46,708 nt of DNA, taken from an uncultured Spirochaetaceae bacterium. GTDB lineage: Bacteria; Spirochaetota; Spirochaetia; DSM-27196; PWMO01. Position 1 is the stretch's first letter. Each line of letters starts with the position of its first letter. The DNA is taken from NCBI GenBank assembly GCA_964635245.1, contig CAZWNS010000003.1, positions 29,457 to 76,164 of the forward strand. Direction: 5' to 3'. Positions 45,762 through 46,708 of this stretch are shown here, piece by piece. The notes beneath the pieces were generated by a model. That model worked only from the letters and a program-made list of their open reading frames with translations, was not told the origin of the DNA and did not search any database. A program made the translations under genes and the position numbers.

Positions 45762-45869
45762 CGCCCCAATATATCACGAAACGCGCGGGAATCCCGGCGA
45801 AGTCGATGTCTCGAGACAAAACGCGGCGCTGCTGCTATAATCCGGCTCAAACGGACCGGGAGCAGTGAT

Positions 45870-46349
45870 ATGAGAAACGTAGTGACGGCGGCTCTGATGT
45901 TCGTGCTCACGGCAGGTGCCGCGTTCGGCGTCGACCTGTCGGACTTCGACGCCGTGGTGGCCTTTGATGAGTCGCTGAAATCACTGGCGCTCAGCGTCCG
46001 CGACGGCACGGATCCCGTTCCCGACGGGCGCCTGCTCATGCTCGACGGGGTAGTCTCCTCAATCGAGGTACTCGATCCGGAGGAAGCGAGCTTCAGCGCA
46101 CGGATCGAGCTCGTCACGGGCGAGTGGCAGGGACTCGAGAGGGTAGCGCTGTACAGCGCGTACGTGGATATCGCGGGACCGGAGTTCTTTTCGCGGATAC
46201 CCTCCCGCCGCAATCGATCCGACTCACCCGATACAATAGCCGCAAACGAGCCGGTGCTCGTCGTCGGACGTTTTGAGGGCGTAACCCCCGATCTCGACGG
46301 GACGCCCGTTCCGGTCGTCCGGGGGCTGTACATTCGCGCCCTCCCCTAG
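45870..46349 (+). CDS. hypothetical secreted protein (159 aa)
   Basis: Signal peptide MRNVVTAALMFVLTAGAAFG; TGcTATAAT promoter upstream; 3' part of the 44982-46349 ORF. Confidence 0.75.
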   Translation: MRNVVTAALMFVLTAGAAFGVDLSDFDAVVAFDESLKSLALSVRDGTDPVPDGRLLMLDGVVSSIEVLDPEEASFSARIELVTGEWQGLERVALYSAYVDIAGPEFFSRIPSRRNRSDSPDTIAANEPVLVVGRFEGVTPDLDGTPVPVVRGLYIRALP

Positions 46350-46358
46350 CCCGCGCGC

Positions 46359-46708
46359 CTATACGAATATCACGTCGGAGACCCGGATCATGGTGCCGTC
46401 GGCCACGAGCGCGGCGCGCTCGATGAGGTTGCGCAGCTCCCGGATATTGCCGGGCCACGAATATGCGCGCAGGGCGTCGAGCGCCGCATCGGTGAATCCG
46501 CTCGGTCCGGTTCCGCCGTTTGCCCCGAGAAACGCGTGCGCGAGGATGCCGATGTCTTCGGAACGCTCGCGAAGCGGCGCAAGCTCGATCGAGAGGATGT
46601 TCAGCCGATAGTAGAGATCCGTCCGAAATCGACCGGCCTGAACGTCGTCGCGCAGAGGACGGTTGGATGCAGCCATCACGCGTACGTCGATCTGTCGCTC
46701 GATGCTGC
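46359..46708 (-). CDS. sigma54-dependent transcriptional activator, C-terminal part (5' end outside window)
   Basis: DVRVMAASNR, GRFRTDLYYRLN, PLRER, WPGNIRELRNLIERA. Confidence 0.9.
   Translation of the reverse strand, partial: SIERQIDVRVMAASNRPLRDDVQAGRFRTDLYYRLNILSIELAPLRERSEDIGILAHAFLGANGGTGPSGFTDAALDALRAYSWPGNIRELRNLIERAALVADGTMIRVSDVIFV

Overview
High-GC bacterial chromosomal segment, most likely a free-living spirochaete (Spirochaetaceae-like gene set and order; this is an inference). It is densely packed with about 44 housekeeping or conserved-hypothetical CDSs: an addB-addA-type pair, lspA, nif3, a Lon-like protease, trmH, flgM, rsmI, aspS, serA, radA, hisA/hisIE, thrC, murA, pspA and others. 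It also holds one tRNA-Ala(GGC). I found no transposase, integrase, prophage or CRISPR array. The most notable unannotated structure is the ~340-bp AT-enriched intergenic region at 42.5-42.85 kb. It carries two perfect DnaA boxes inside a repeated 16-mer, several degenerate boxes and two palindromes, so it is an oriC/DARS/datA-like locus with no dnaA nearby. Other highlights are a divergent LptF/LptG-like pair with a TPR insertion, several apparent pseudo-enzymes (Fe-ADH, CCA-type NTase, HisI, receiver domain), a GHKL-HDOD fusion, an HTH-less sigma54 activator and recurrent leaderless-type promoters. All family calls come from motif recognition by eye; no database search was run.
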